The notes beneath the pieces are model-generated. The model had not been told where the DNA came from. It did not search any database and saw only the letters and a list, made by a program, of their open reading frames with translations. Below are positions 26,456 through 33,836 of a stretch of DNA of 64,000 nt, in pieces (position 1 is the stretch's first letter; the number at the start of each line of letters is the position of its first letter). The position numbers and the translations under genes were made by a program. This stretch comes from Candidatus Micrarchaeia archaeon (GTDB lineage: Bacteria; Chloroflexota; Dormibacteria; Aeolococcales; Bog-877): positions 18,420 to 82,419 of the forward strand of contig DATLUG010000031.1 of the NCBI GenBank assembly GCA_035533215.1, given 5' to 3'.

Positions 26456-28438
26456 CTATCGTCCGACCAGCGCCACGACGTTGCTCGGCGGCGTGCCGTG
26501 ACTCAGGTTGGGCGCGTCCCCGAAGGGGTACACCTGTCCGCCGGAGGTGGCGATCCAGTAGCCGCCGTCGTCGGCGGTGGCGGCCAGGCCCACCACGTTG
26601 TCGACGGTGGGTCCCTGGGTCGCCGGCGATCCCTCCTGGCGGGCTCGACCGTACGGGTAGACGTGGCCGTCACGGGTCACGACCCAGTAGCCCTGCCCGC
26701 TGTGGAGGGTGCTGAGCCCGACCACGTCGGTGAGCCGGAGGTGCTGGCTGATCGGCGATCCCTCGAAGCTGGCATTGCCGAACTGGTAGACGTGGCCACT
26801 GCCGGTGACCAGCCAGTAGCCGCGCCCGCTCGGGGTTGCGGTCATGGCGACCACGTCGGTGGCGTGGATGCGGCGACTGGGGAAGGAGCCGTAGAAGCCG
26901 GCGTTGCCGAACTGGAAGACGTGGCCGCTGCCGGTCGCGAGCCAGTAGCCGCTTCCGTTCGGGGTATCGGCCATGGCCACGACGTCGCCGACGCGGATGT
27001 GGCGGCTGGGGAAGGAGCCGAAGAAGCCGGCGTTGCCGAACTGGACCACATGGCCATTGCCGGTCGCGAGCCAGTAGCCCCCAGGACCCGGGACCGGGCT
27101 GCTCTGGACGATCGTGAAGACGGCCGCGCGCTGCCGATCGGCCTCGGTGGCGGTGAGCTGGCACGAGCCGGCGCTGCCCGCGGCCGTGTAGACGGTGGAG
27201 GCCTGACCCTTGCCGTTGGTGGGAGCCGACGCGGGCGAGAGCGACCCGCAGGTGCCCCCGCTCAGACGGAAGGACACGGTGTCGCCGCTGACGGCTCCAG
27301 CCGGGCCGGCAACCGTCGCGGTCACGGCCGCGGTGGAGTGGCCGTCGGGCGGCAGCGTCGCGGGATTGGACGTGAGCGAGATCGCGAACGCGCCCGCTGA
27401 CTGGGTCAGGGTGGTGGTGCCGGAGCTGTGCTGGGACGCCTCGCTGGCGGTGACGACGCAGCGCTCCGCCACCGAGGACGCGGTGTAGGTGGTGCGGGCT
27501 CGACCGAGGCGTCCGGTGCTGGCGGACGTCGGGGAGACGGTGCCGCAGCTGGACGGGGCGACGGTGAAGGTGACGATGTCACCGACGACCGCGCGACCGC
27601 CGGCGATGACGGTGGCGGTCACGGCCGACGTCGCCCGCCCGTTGGTCGGCAGGGTCGACGGGCTGGCCACCACTGTGACCACCGCCCGAGCGGACTGGTA
27701 GATGGTGACGGACCCCGATCCCCCGGCGGTGGCGTCGGTGGCGGTGACCGTGCAGGTGGCTGCGGTGCTCGAGGCGGTGTAGGTGGTCTTGGCCTGACCG
27801 GCACTGTCGGTGTTGACGCTCCGCGAGAGCAGCGCGCCGCAGGCGGCGGGACTGGTCACGAAGTCGACGGTGTCGCCCCGAACCGGGCCGCCGGAGCCGG
27901 TGACCGTGGCCGTGACCACGGTCGTCGACGTGCCGTCGGGCGGGAGGGTCGACCGCGCCGTGGTCACGGTGACCCGGTTGCCGGTCTGGCCGATGGTGAC
28001 GGCATCGGCGGCACCGGTGGCCGACTCCGTCGCGGTGACGGTGCAGGTTCCGGTCACGGTGGCGGCGGTGTAGGTGGTGGCGGCCTCTCCCGCGGCACTG
28101 CCAGAGGTGCCAGTCTTGGCACTGGACGGCGACACGGAGCCGCAGGCGGCGACGCCCCTGGGGGTGGTGAACGTGACGGTGTCGCCCCCGACGCGGGTGC
28201 CGCTGCTGTCGGTCACGGTGGCCGTGACCTTGGCGGTGGCGGTGCCGTTGGCCACGAGGCTGCCGGGGGCGGCTGTCACCGTCACGGTGTTGGCACCGGC
28301 GGCGCTTGCCACCGTGCCGGGGCCGGCGAGGAGCCCGACGAGTGCGACCACAACGGTCGCGGATGGAAGGAGCAGGAGCCGCCAGCGCGACAGCTGGACT
28401 CGGCCGTGGTCAGCGTTTGGTCGCCATTGGGACATCAT
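26456..28438 (-). CDS. Secreted repeat protein: signal peptide + 4 Ig-like (Big_1/invasin-like) repeats + 5 GYW beta-propeller-like blades
   Basis: ATG-ATG at 28438/28435 with SD GAGGAGG, inside ORF 26456..28807; 660 aa. Signal peptide RWRLLLLPSATVVVALVGLLAGPGTVASA. Repeat details are in the findings. Confidence 0.8.
   Translation of the reverse strand: MMSQWRPNADHGRVQLSRWRLLLLPSATVVVALVGLLAGPGTVASAAGANTVTVTAAPGSLVANGTATAKVTATVTDSSGTRVGGDTVTFTTPRGVAACGSVSPSSAKTGTSGSAAGEAATTYTAATVTGTCTVTATESATGAADAVTIGQTGNRVTVTTARSTLPPDGTSTTVVTATVTGSGGPVRGDTVDFVTSPAACGALLSRSVNTDSAGQAKTTYTASSTAATCTVTATDATAGGSGSVTIYQSARAVVTVVASPSTLPTNGRATSAVTATVIAGGRAVVGDIVTFTVAPSSCGTVSPTSASTGRLGRARTTYTASSVAERCVVTASEASQHSSGTTTLTQSAGAFAISLTSNPATLPPDGHSTAAVTATVAGPAGAVSGDTVSFRLSGGTCGSLSPASAPTNGKGQASTVYTAAGSAGSCQLTATEADRQRAAVFTIVQSSPVPGPGGYWLATGNGHVVQFGNAGFFGSFPSRHIRVGDVVAMADTPNGSGYWLATGSGHVFQFGNAGFYGSFPSRRIHATDVVAMTATPSGRGYWLVTGSGHVYQFGNASFEGSPISQHLRLTDVVGLSTLHSGQGYWVVTRDGHVYPYGRARQEGSPATQGPTVDNVVGLAATADDGGYWIATSGGQVYPFGDAPNLSHGTPPSNVVALVGR
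26459..27088 (-). repeat. Five tandem ~129-bp (43-aa) coding repeats (GYW blades)
   Basis: Unit pattern: GYW(L/V/I)xTxxGxVxx(F/Y)GxAxxxGSxxxxxxxxxDVV(A/G)(M/L). At the DNA level, 26877-26950 and 27006-27079 differ at 6 of 74 positions. Confidence 0.85.
27101..28291 (-). repeat. Four tandem ~95-aa Ig-like coding repeats
   Basis: Each unit carries VTATV....G..V.GDTV.F......CG...P.S..T...G.A.TTYTA......C.VTA.E, with two conserved Cys. Confidence 0.75.
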
Positions 28439-28837
28439 CGACCTCCTCACGCTCGCCGACACGCGCTCGGCAGCGCCGGGGCGCCCGGGTACACCCGCCG
28501 CGGCGAAGGGGCGCACTCCGAGGCACCACAGCAGCGTCCGGATGTGGCGCAGTCGTCTGAAATGGAGCGACGCACGGTGCATGGAAGCCCCGGGTGACCG
28601 ACGACTCCGCAACCCAGGATAGCACGGCTGCCGAACGGGAACCTGAGAGCAGGCTGAGAGCGGACCGTGCAGCAACGTGCGCGAATCGGCCAATGGAGGC
28701 TCGCCGAGCAACGGCAGCGCCGGTGCGACGCAGTCGCCCGGCAAGCGCCCGCGCGTTGTCCGATCGCCGCCGCCGCCGCTGACGTCGCCACTCCGATGGC
28801 GGCCCACCTGCCGCCCAGGGGCGGCGTTTGGTCCACC

Positions 28838-29557
28838 TCAGTCGCGGTCAACCTGGCGGATGGTCTCGTCTTCGCCACCACGCGCGTCCGTCGGATCAAG
28901 CGCAGTGAGCTGAGCCGAGCGCTCAGCGCGCTCTTGCTCGCGACGTGGCTCCGAAGCGGTCGGCGCAGAGGCATCCGCGCATGACCGTCGCGCACCAATG
29001 AGGCGGCGCTTCCCCCGACGCGTGCGGTGCGGCGGTGGTGCACGACCTTCCTGAGCGTGAGCACGTCGTGGGAAAGGTCGTTGACCGCCCTGCGGACCGA
29101 GGGGGAGTGCTCCTGACCGTCCGGTCTGACGCTGGACGTCGAGCCGCCCCATGTCCTGGCTGAGGTGATGGCCCACCGCGAAGAGAGGGGCCCGGTGCCG
29201 CTTCCGCACGAGTCGCCGCCACCTGAAGGCGCCGGCCGATCGCCGTGACCCCCACCCCCTGCCCGGCGCCGCCGGATCTGCGCCCACGCGTCCGGCACCT
29301 CCCCCCCGGCCGATCGCCGGTAAGGGAACCAGGGTCGCCCGCAGGGCCCACAAGGGGCCGCTTTCAGCCGATGTTGACGGTCTGGAACTCGCGCCGGGGA
29401 CCGCGGCGACCCTGGCGGCCGCCTCGACGCGGGTCCTGGCGTCCCGGTCGACGCGTCGGCCGGTCGGCTCCGTGACCTGCGCGACCCACCGTCCGTGGGT
29501 GCGCGGATACACGCTCCCCTCGCGGTTCCCCGACTGCCGGCCGCCGTCCGCCGGCAT
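28838..29557 (-). pseudogene. Tyrosine-recombinase (phage-type integrase) remnant; N-terminal half only, frame-disrupted
   Basis: ORF 28838..29557 opens with NREGSVYPRTHGRWVAQVTEPTGRRVDRDARTRVEAAARV, the typical integrase arm-binding N-terminus GSIY.R.DGRW.A. It ends with HRTRRGKRRLIGARRSCADA...EQERAERSAQLTALDPTDARGGEDETIRQVD, which resembles the core-binding region (PKT..S.R.I.LP....L..H). The middle is garbled, and no R..HxxR..Y catalytic region is found in any frame down to 28439. Confidence 0.55.
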
Positions 29558-29653
29558 GCGGCAGGATCCAGCGTCGTCCGTCCGCGACTGCTGTCATCGG
29601 GTGGCCAACCTGAGCGCGCCATGTCGATCAGCCTGGCGATTGGACTCGAGACC

Positions 29654-29729
29654 TGGTGCCCGCACCAGGTCTCGAACCTGGAACCTTGGGATTAAGAGTC
29701 CCCTGCTCTACCAATTGAGCTATGCGGGC
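29654..29729 (-). tRNA. tRNA-Lys (anticodon CTT), CCA encoded
   Basis: Minus strand: GCCCGCA TA GCTC AATTGGTA GAGC A GGGGA CTCTTAA TCCCA AGGTT CCAGG TTCGAGA CCTGG TGCGGGC A CCA. The cloverleaf folds by hand. Confidence 0.95.
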
Positions 29730-29773
29730 CGGCCCCACATGCCGGCCGGCCCGGGCCAGGAGGGGCGTACGGC

Positions 29774-29803
29774 ATTCTAAGACGCGGCGAGGTGGGGCGT
29801 CGC
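29774..29803 (-). promoter_or_regulatory. Candidate promoter for tRNA-Lys
   Basis: On the minus strand, a -10 TAGAAT (29779-29774) lies 45 nt upstream of the tRNA 5' end. A weak -35 GCGACG sits at an 18-nt spacing. An AT-rich hexamer stands out in this GC context. Confidence 0.3.
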
Positions 29804-29842
29804 CACGACACGCCCGGTCGTCTCTCGGACCGAGCCGGACGA

Positions 29843-29868
29843 CTGGGGTCCGATTCCCCTGACCCCAG
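29843..29868 (-). terminator. Hairpin downstream of the histidine kinase gene
   Basis: CTGGGGTC-N10-GACCCCAG, about 40 nt past the HK stop (29907). No U-tract. Confidence 0.25.
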
Positions 29869-29906
29869 GGAGCCCGACCTCCTCGGACCGCGGGGGTCCG
29901 GGGCTT

Positions 29907-31178
29907 CTAGGTGCCCGGCGGCACCAGAAGGCTCAACCGGAACGTCGAGCCCATGCCGGGGCGGCTCTCCACGGTCAGCGTCCCACCGTGGGATCGGGCG
30001 ATCCGGTGGGCGAGGGCCAGCCCGAGGCCGCTCCCCGAGATCGGGGCGGCTCCCGGGAGGCGCACAAAGGGCTCGAAGATGCGTCGCTGGTCGCCGAGGG
30101 CGATTCCCGGGCCCCGATCGGTCACCTCCAGATTGACCAGGCTGCCCGCCCGACGCACACCGACCGTCACCGGCCCAGTCGTGGGCGCGTACTTGAGGGC
30201 GTTGTCGATGAGGTTCCCCAGGGCGCGGGTGATCAGCGGCTCGTCGAGGCTGAGTCGGGGGATCGGGGGCGGCCCGGAGTCGACGCCGATCTCAAGCGTG
30301 ATCCCGCGAGCTCCCGCCAGGGCCCCGTAGGTCTCACCCACCTCCCGCACCAGCCGCACCACGTCGACCGGGGTCTGGTGGACGACGACCTCGCGCGGGT
30401 CGTCGAGATGGAGCAGGTCGACGAGGTCCCGCACCACCGCGCTGATGTGACGGATCGACCACGCTGCCCGATCGACCGCCGGGCCGAACTCGGGGTCGTG
30501 CGGCACCTGGTACTGGGTCAGGACCTCCACCGCCTGCTGGGCGTGGAAGAGAGGACTCTTGAGCTCGTGCGAGAGGGTCGCGATAAGCTCGCGGGCCGAC
30601 CCCATCGTCCCGATCGGGCCAGGGTCGCGGAGCACGAGGGCGCAGGCATGGATCGGGCTTCCGAGCGCTACCGCGCGGACCAGGGGACGCCACCGGCCGC
30701 CAGCAGGCTCGCCGGCGCTCGGATCGGAGGTGGGGCGGTCTGCCGGCGCGTCCCCGGCAACCTCCTCGGGGGCGGGAGCGGCGAAGCGCGCGGGCGCCTC
30801 CGGCCCGGGCGGCCGCTCGACCCGGGCCGGTCGCGCGCGGCGGCGCAGCGGACCGCGCACCTGATCGCGGGTGTCGAGCTCGACCATTCCAATTGCGCGG
30901 TCGCTCCCCCGAAGCCCATCGCGGGCCAGCCGAACGAGGCCCGGGACCCTGAGGTGACCTGACGGGTCGCACAGGACGCTCAGCGGCATCCGCCGCGCCA
31001 GCGCCGGATTGCAGCTCAGGACGCGCAGCGAAGGGTCCAGCAGCAGGACACCGTCGTCAAGGGCGGCGACCAGTCCGACCGACAGAGCGCCCAGTCGCCG
31101 GTGACCAGCCGAGGGTTCGGCCACGTTCGATCCGTCGAGCGGCGGCCGGGACTGGGCGCCCGAGGGCTGGGTGATCAC
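29907..31178 (-). CDS. Soluble sensor histidine kinase (PAS-like N-terminus, HisKA + HATPase_c)
   Basis: ORF track, 423 aa. H-box LSHELKSPL, then DNALKY, DRGPGI and GSGLGLA. No TM segment seen. The GTG start overlaps the RR stop. Confidence 0.85.
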   Translation of the reverse strand: MITQPSGAQSRPPLDGSNVAEPSAGHRRLGALSVGLVAALDDGVLLLDPSLRVLSCNPALARRMPLSVLCDPSGHLRVPGLVRLARDGLRGSDRAIGMVELDTRDQVRGPLRRRARPARVERPPGPEAPARFAAPAPEEVAGDAPADRPTSDPSAGEPAGGRWRPLVRAVALGSPIHACALVLRDPGPIGTMGSARELIATLSHELKSPLFHAQQAVEVLTQYQVPHDPEFGPAVDRAAWSIRHISAVVRDLVDLLHLDDPREVVVHQTPVDVVRLVREVGETYGALAGARGITLEIGVDSGPPPIPRLSLDEPLITRALGNLIDNALKYAPTTGPVTVGVRRAGSLVNLEVTDRGPGIALGDQRRIFEPFVRLPGAAPISGSGLGLALAHRIARSHGGTLTVESRPGMGSTFRLSLLVPPGT

Positions 31179-31867
31179 GTCACCACCTCGAACTTGTATC
31201 CGATCCCGCGAACGGTGTGGATGAAGCGCGGTGCTCCGGGCGGCTCACCGAGAAGGCGGCGCAGCTCGGCCACGGCATTGTCCACTGCTCGGTTGTAGAC
31301 GTCGGAGTCCACCCCCCACACCTGATACACGATCTGTTCCTTGCGGAGCACCTGCCCCGGTTGCCCGGCGAGGAGGTGGAGAAGTAGGAAGAGACGTCGC
31401 GGAAGGGCCACCGGGTGCCCGTCCACGACGCAGGTCCAGCTCCCGGAGTCGATGGTGAGTCCCGGATGGTCGAAGCGGGTGGGTCGACCACCCTGCCGCT
31501 GAAGGAGCCGACGGACGGCCGCTCGGAGGATGCCGGGATCCTCCGACTTGTCGACGTATATGTCGACTCCAGCGTCGTACCCAGCCATCCGATCGATGGC
31601 GTCACCCCGCGCGCTCAACATCACGACCGGAACCGTGCTCCCCTGCTGGCGGAGGCGGCGGACCATCTCCAAGCCGCTCAGGGTGGGCATCGCCCAGTCC
31701 ACCACCAGACAGTCGGGCTGCGAGGCGGTCATCGCGGCGAGGGCATCGGACCCGCTCTGCACGCCCTTGACGGCGTAGCCCTCGGGCCGGAGCAGCGCGG
31801 CCACGGTCTCGGCGACCCGAGGATCGTCGTCGACGACGAGGACCAGTGGCACTGGGATCCGGGGCAC
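31175..31867 (-). CDS. OmpR/PhoB-family response regulator
   Basis: GTG 31867 (SD GGAGAGG) within ORF 31175..32782. REC domain (LVLVVDDD, CLVVDWAMP) plus a winged helix (RFIHTVRGIGYKF). Confidence 0.9.
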   Translation of the reverse strand: MPRIPVPLVLVVDDDPRVAETVAALLRPEGYAVKGVQSGSDALAAMTASQPDCLVVDWAMPTLSGLEMVRRLRQQGSTVPVVMLSARGDAIDRMAGYDAGVDIYVDKSEDPGILRAAVRRLLQRQGGRPTRFDHPGLTIDSGSWTCVVDGHPVALPRRLFLLLHLLAGQPGQVLRKEQIVYQVWGVDSDVYNRAVDNAVAELRRLLGEPPGAPRFIHTVRGIGYKFEVVT

Positions 31868-31927
31868 GTCCTCTCCTGCGCCTGCCTTCGGGCCGGGGCC
31901 CCGGGTAGGCGGCCCCAGGGTACGGCA

Positions 31928-31962
31928 GCCGCCGGACTGCACAAACCGTGCAGTCCGGCGGC
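31928..31962. promoter_or_regulatory. Perfect 15-bp-stem inverted repeat in the divergent RR/sigma intergenic region
   Basis: GCCGCCGGACTGCAC-AAACC-GTGCAGTCCGGCGGC. The two arms are exact reverse complements. Confidence 0.4.
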
Positions 31963-32110
31963 GGCGTCCGGGAGGGGCGGCGGACGAACCCGGGAGCGCC
32001 GGCGGCGAGCTCGGGGACGCCGGCCCCGACTCACGGGCAAGACTCGTGCCCTGGGAAGGAGAGCCCGGCGGGCGGGGGCCGTCCTCCGGGCCAAGCAGGG
32101 AGGATCGGTT

Positions 32111-32683
32111 GTGGACTTCGCCGTGCGGGTCGAACGCCTTCGCGCCAGGGACCCCGAGGCGGTCGCCTGGATGTTCGCCACCTTCCGTCACGATGTAGCG
32201 CGCTGCTTCGGACACCGCTCGCCGGAGGACCAAGCCGACCTGGTCCAGGACGTCTTCGCAACCGCGATCGTGCGGCTGCCCACCTTCGGGGGGGACCAGG
32301 AGGTGGTGCTGCGAGCGTGGCTGCGCCGGATCGCGTTTCACCGCTGGCACCACCGGTGGGAGGCGGACCGCGTTCGAGCCCGGCACGCCGGGCCCGGGCT
32401 GGACGCGCTGCTGGCCCTCAATCCCAATCATCCAGCTCTGGTCGCGGAGCAGACGGCGCCGGATGCCCTGGTACTCGAACGGCGGGTGGTGGAGGGACTC
32501 CTGGGCAGACTGACCGCACGGCAGGCCCTGGTCATGCGGGCGCACGTCCTGGAGGGTCGAACCACGGCGGAGATCGCATCCCAGGCCGGCATGACCTGCG
32601 AGGGCGTGCGCGGGCTCTACAAGCGCGGCCTCGCCCGACTGCGCGGGGACGCGACCGCACTCCGTCTGCTGGAGGCCGCATGA
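32111..32683 (+). CDS. ECF-type RNA polymerase sigma-70 family factor
   Basis: GTG 32111 (SD GGGAGGA) within ORF 31415..32683. Region 2 DLVQDVFATAIVRL...LRAWLRRIAFHRW; region 4 LTARQALVMRAHVLEGRTTAEIASQAGMTCEGVRGLYKRGLARLR. Confidence 0.8.
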   Translation: MDFAVRVERLRARDPEAVAWMFATFRHDVARCFGHRSPEDQADLVQDVFATAIVRLPTFGGDQEVVLRAWLRRIAFHRWHHRWEADRVRARHAGPGLDALLALNPNHPALVAEQTAPDALVLERRVVEGLLGRLTARQALVMRAHVLEGRTTAEIASQAGMTCEGVRGLYKRGLARLRGDATALRLLEAA

Positions 32684-32923
32684 GGGCCGCCCCGCCCGCG
32701 GCGCCGCCCGCGGACATCCGCTTACGGCAAGGTAACCCGTGACCACCGCGTGTCCGGCGGCGACCGCTGCCGCCGCGATCACCCCCCGCCGACGAACTCG
32801 CTCCGCCGTCCGTGCCCGGCAGCGCGACCCCGGGCACCCTCGGCTGGAACGGCCACGAGGTGTCGGTCGTCTCGTCGCAAGCCGGGAGCGCAGCGCTGGT
32901 CACGGGGACGGCCAGCGTCAACA

Positions 32924-33820
32924 ATGGCGCGGGGACGGCTGGACGGAGGTCGGCATGGAAACCGGCATCGCGGTCCGCTGGCTGCGGTGCGGGTGCACGC
33001 GCGGCCGCTCGGGACGGTGACGGTGCGGGCGTGGGCCGCCGTGGCGGCCGCTGCCGCGACGTTCGTGGCCGCCTTGTCCGGAATCCTCTACCTGGGGGCC
33101 CGGGCCGAGGCTGGCGAGGTGCGGGTGCTGGTCACCGCCCACCCCCTCCCGGCCGGCACGATCCTGAGCGCGACCACGCAGGACCTCAACCCCCAGGGTG
33201 AGTTGGTGCGGGTCGGCACCGCCGCGTCGGCCGCGGACGTCATCCCGCAGCGCGACTACGCGAAGGTGGCCGGCGCCGTGACGTTGGTCGATCTGCGCGC
33301 GGGTGAGCTGCTGCTCTGGCACGACCTCGCCCGCCGCGGCAGCGGCACGGGCCGCCTGGTCACGCTCCGCTTGGCAGAGCTCCCGGCGGGGCTGGCGGCC
33401 GGTGGACGCGTAGACCTCTTCGCCGTATCGGGGACCCAGACGGGGCTGGTGGTCCCCAGCGCCGACCTCTGCCGCGCGTCGGCGAGCGCTGGCTGCGTCG
33501 TCCCGCTGGCCTCGAGCGTGCTGGTGGACGGGGTGAATCCGGCCGCGCAGACAATCGAGATCAGCGCTCCGCCATCGCTGGTGAGCCAGTGGCTGTTCAT
33601 GGAAGCGACCCAGTTGCTGTGGGCGGTCCCCGCCGGGACCGCCGTCTGCCCCGGCGCCGAGGCGGCGGTGTCCGATCCGGCAGTGGCCCTGGCGGCGATC
33701 CAGCGCCATGCCGACCGGTCCGCCCTCCACGCCTGCGTGGCACCGCCCCTGGCCCGAGTCACCCAGACCGCCCGAGGCAGGGGACGTCAGCGGCCTGGCC
33801 ACACCCGCTCGGGCGGATGA
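32924..33820 (+). CDS. cpaB: Flp pilus assembly protein CpaB/RcpC-like
   Basis: ATG 32924 within ORF 32750..33820. One TM (AWAAVAAAAATFVAALSGILYLG), then VRVLVTAHPLPAGTILSATTQDL (SAF/CpaB-like). Confidence 0.6.
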   Translation: MARGRLDGGRHGNRHRGPLAAVRVHARPLGTVTVRAWAAVAAAAATFVAALSGILYLGARAEAGEVRVLVTAHPLPAGTILSATTQDLNPQGELVRVGTAASAADVIPQRDYAKVAGAVTLVDLRAGELLLWHDLARRGSGTGRLVTLRLAELPAGLAAGGRVDLFAVSGTQTGLVVPSADLCRASASAGCVVPLASSVLVDGVNPAAQTIEISAPPSLVSQWLFMEATQLLWAVPAGTAVCPGAEAAVSDPAVALAAIQRHADRSALHACVAPPLARVTQTARGRGRQRPGHTRSGG

Positions 33821-33836
33821 GCCGAGGCGCGACCGG

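Noticed and set aside
26750-27090. Regular 129-bp repeats considered as a CRISPR or non-coding tandem array
   Set aside because: The period is a multiple of 3 and there are no unique spacers. The units translate into a conserved protein blade inside one long ORF, so these are coding repeats.
28439-28700. Long, somewhat lower-GC 5' leader of the secreted-protein gene, inspected for a riboswitch or ncRNA
   Set aside because: I could not recognise any conserved riboswitch core (c-di-GMP, B12, SAM, TPP and others) by eye. It may simply be promoter, UTR or leftover element sequence.
28447-29622. 391-aa minus-strand ORF read as an intact gene
   Set aside because: It is an alternative frame across the integrase remnant and the leader of the secreted-protein gene. 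It has no coherent domain, and the integrase-like strings are split between frames.
32680-32742. 20-codon ORF (MRAAPPAAPPADIRLRQGNP) overlapping the ECF sigma stop by ATGA, considered as an Flp pilin or mini anti-sigma
   Set aside because: It has no hydrophobic helix and no Flp processing motif, and it is too short and Pro/Ala-rich to support any call.
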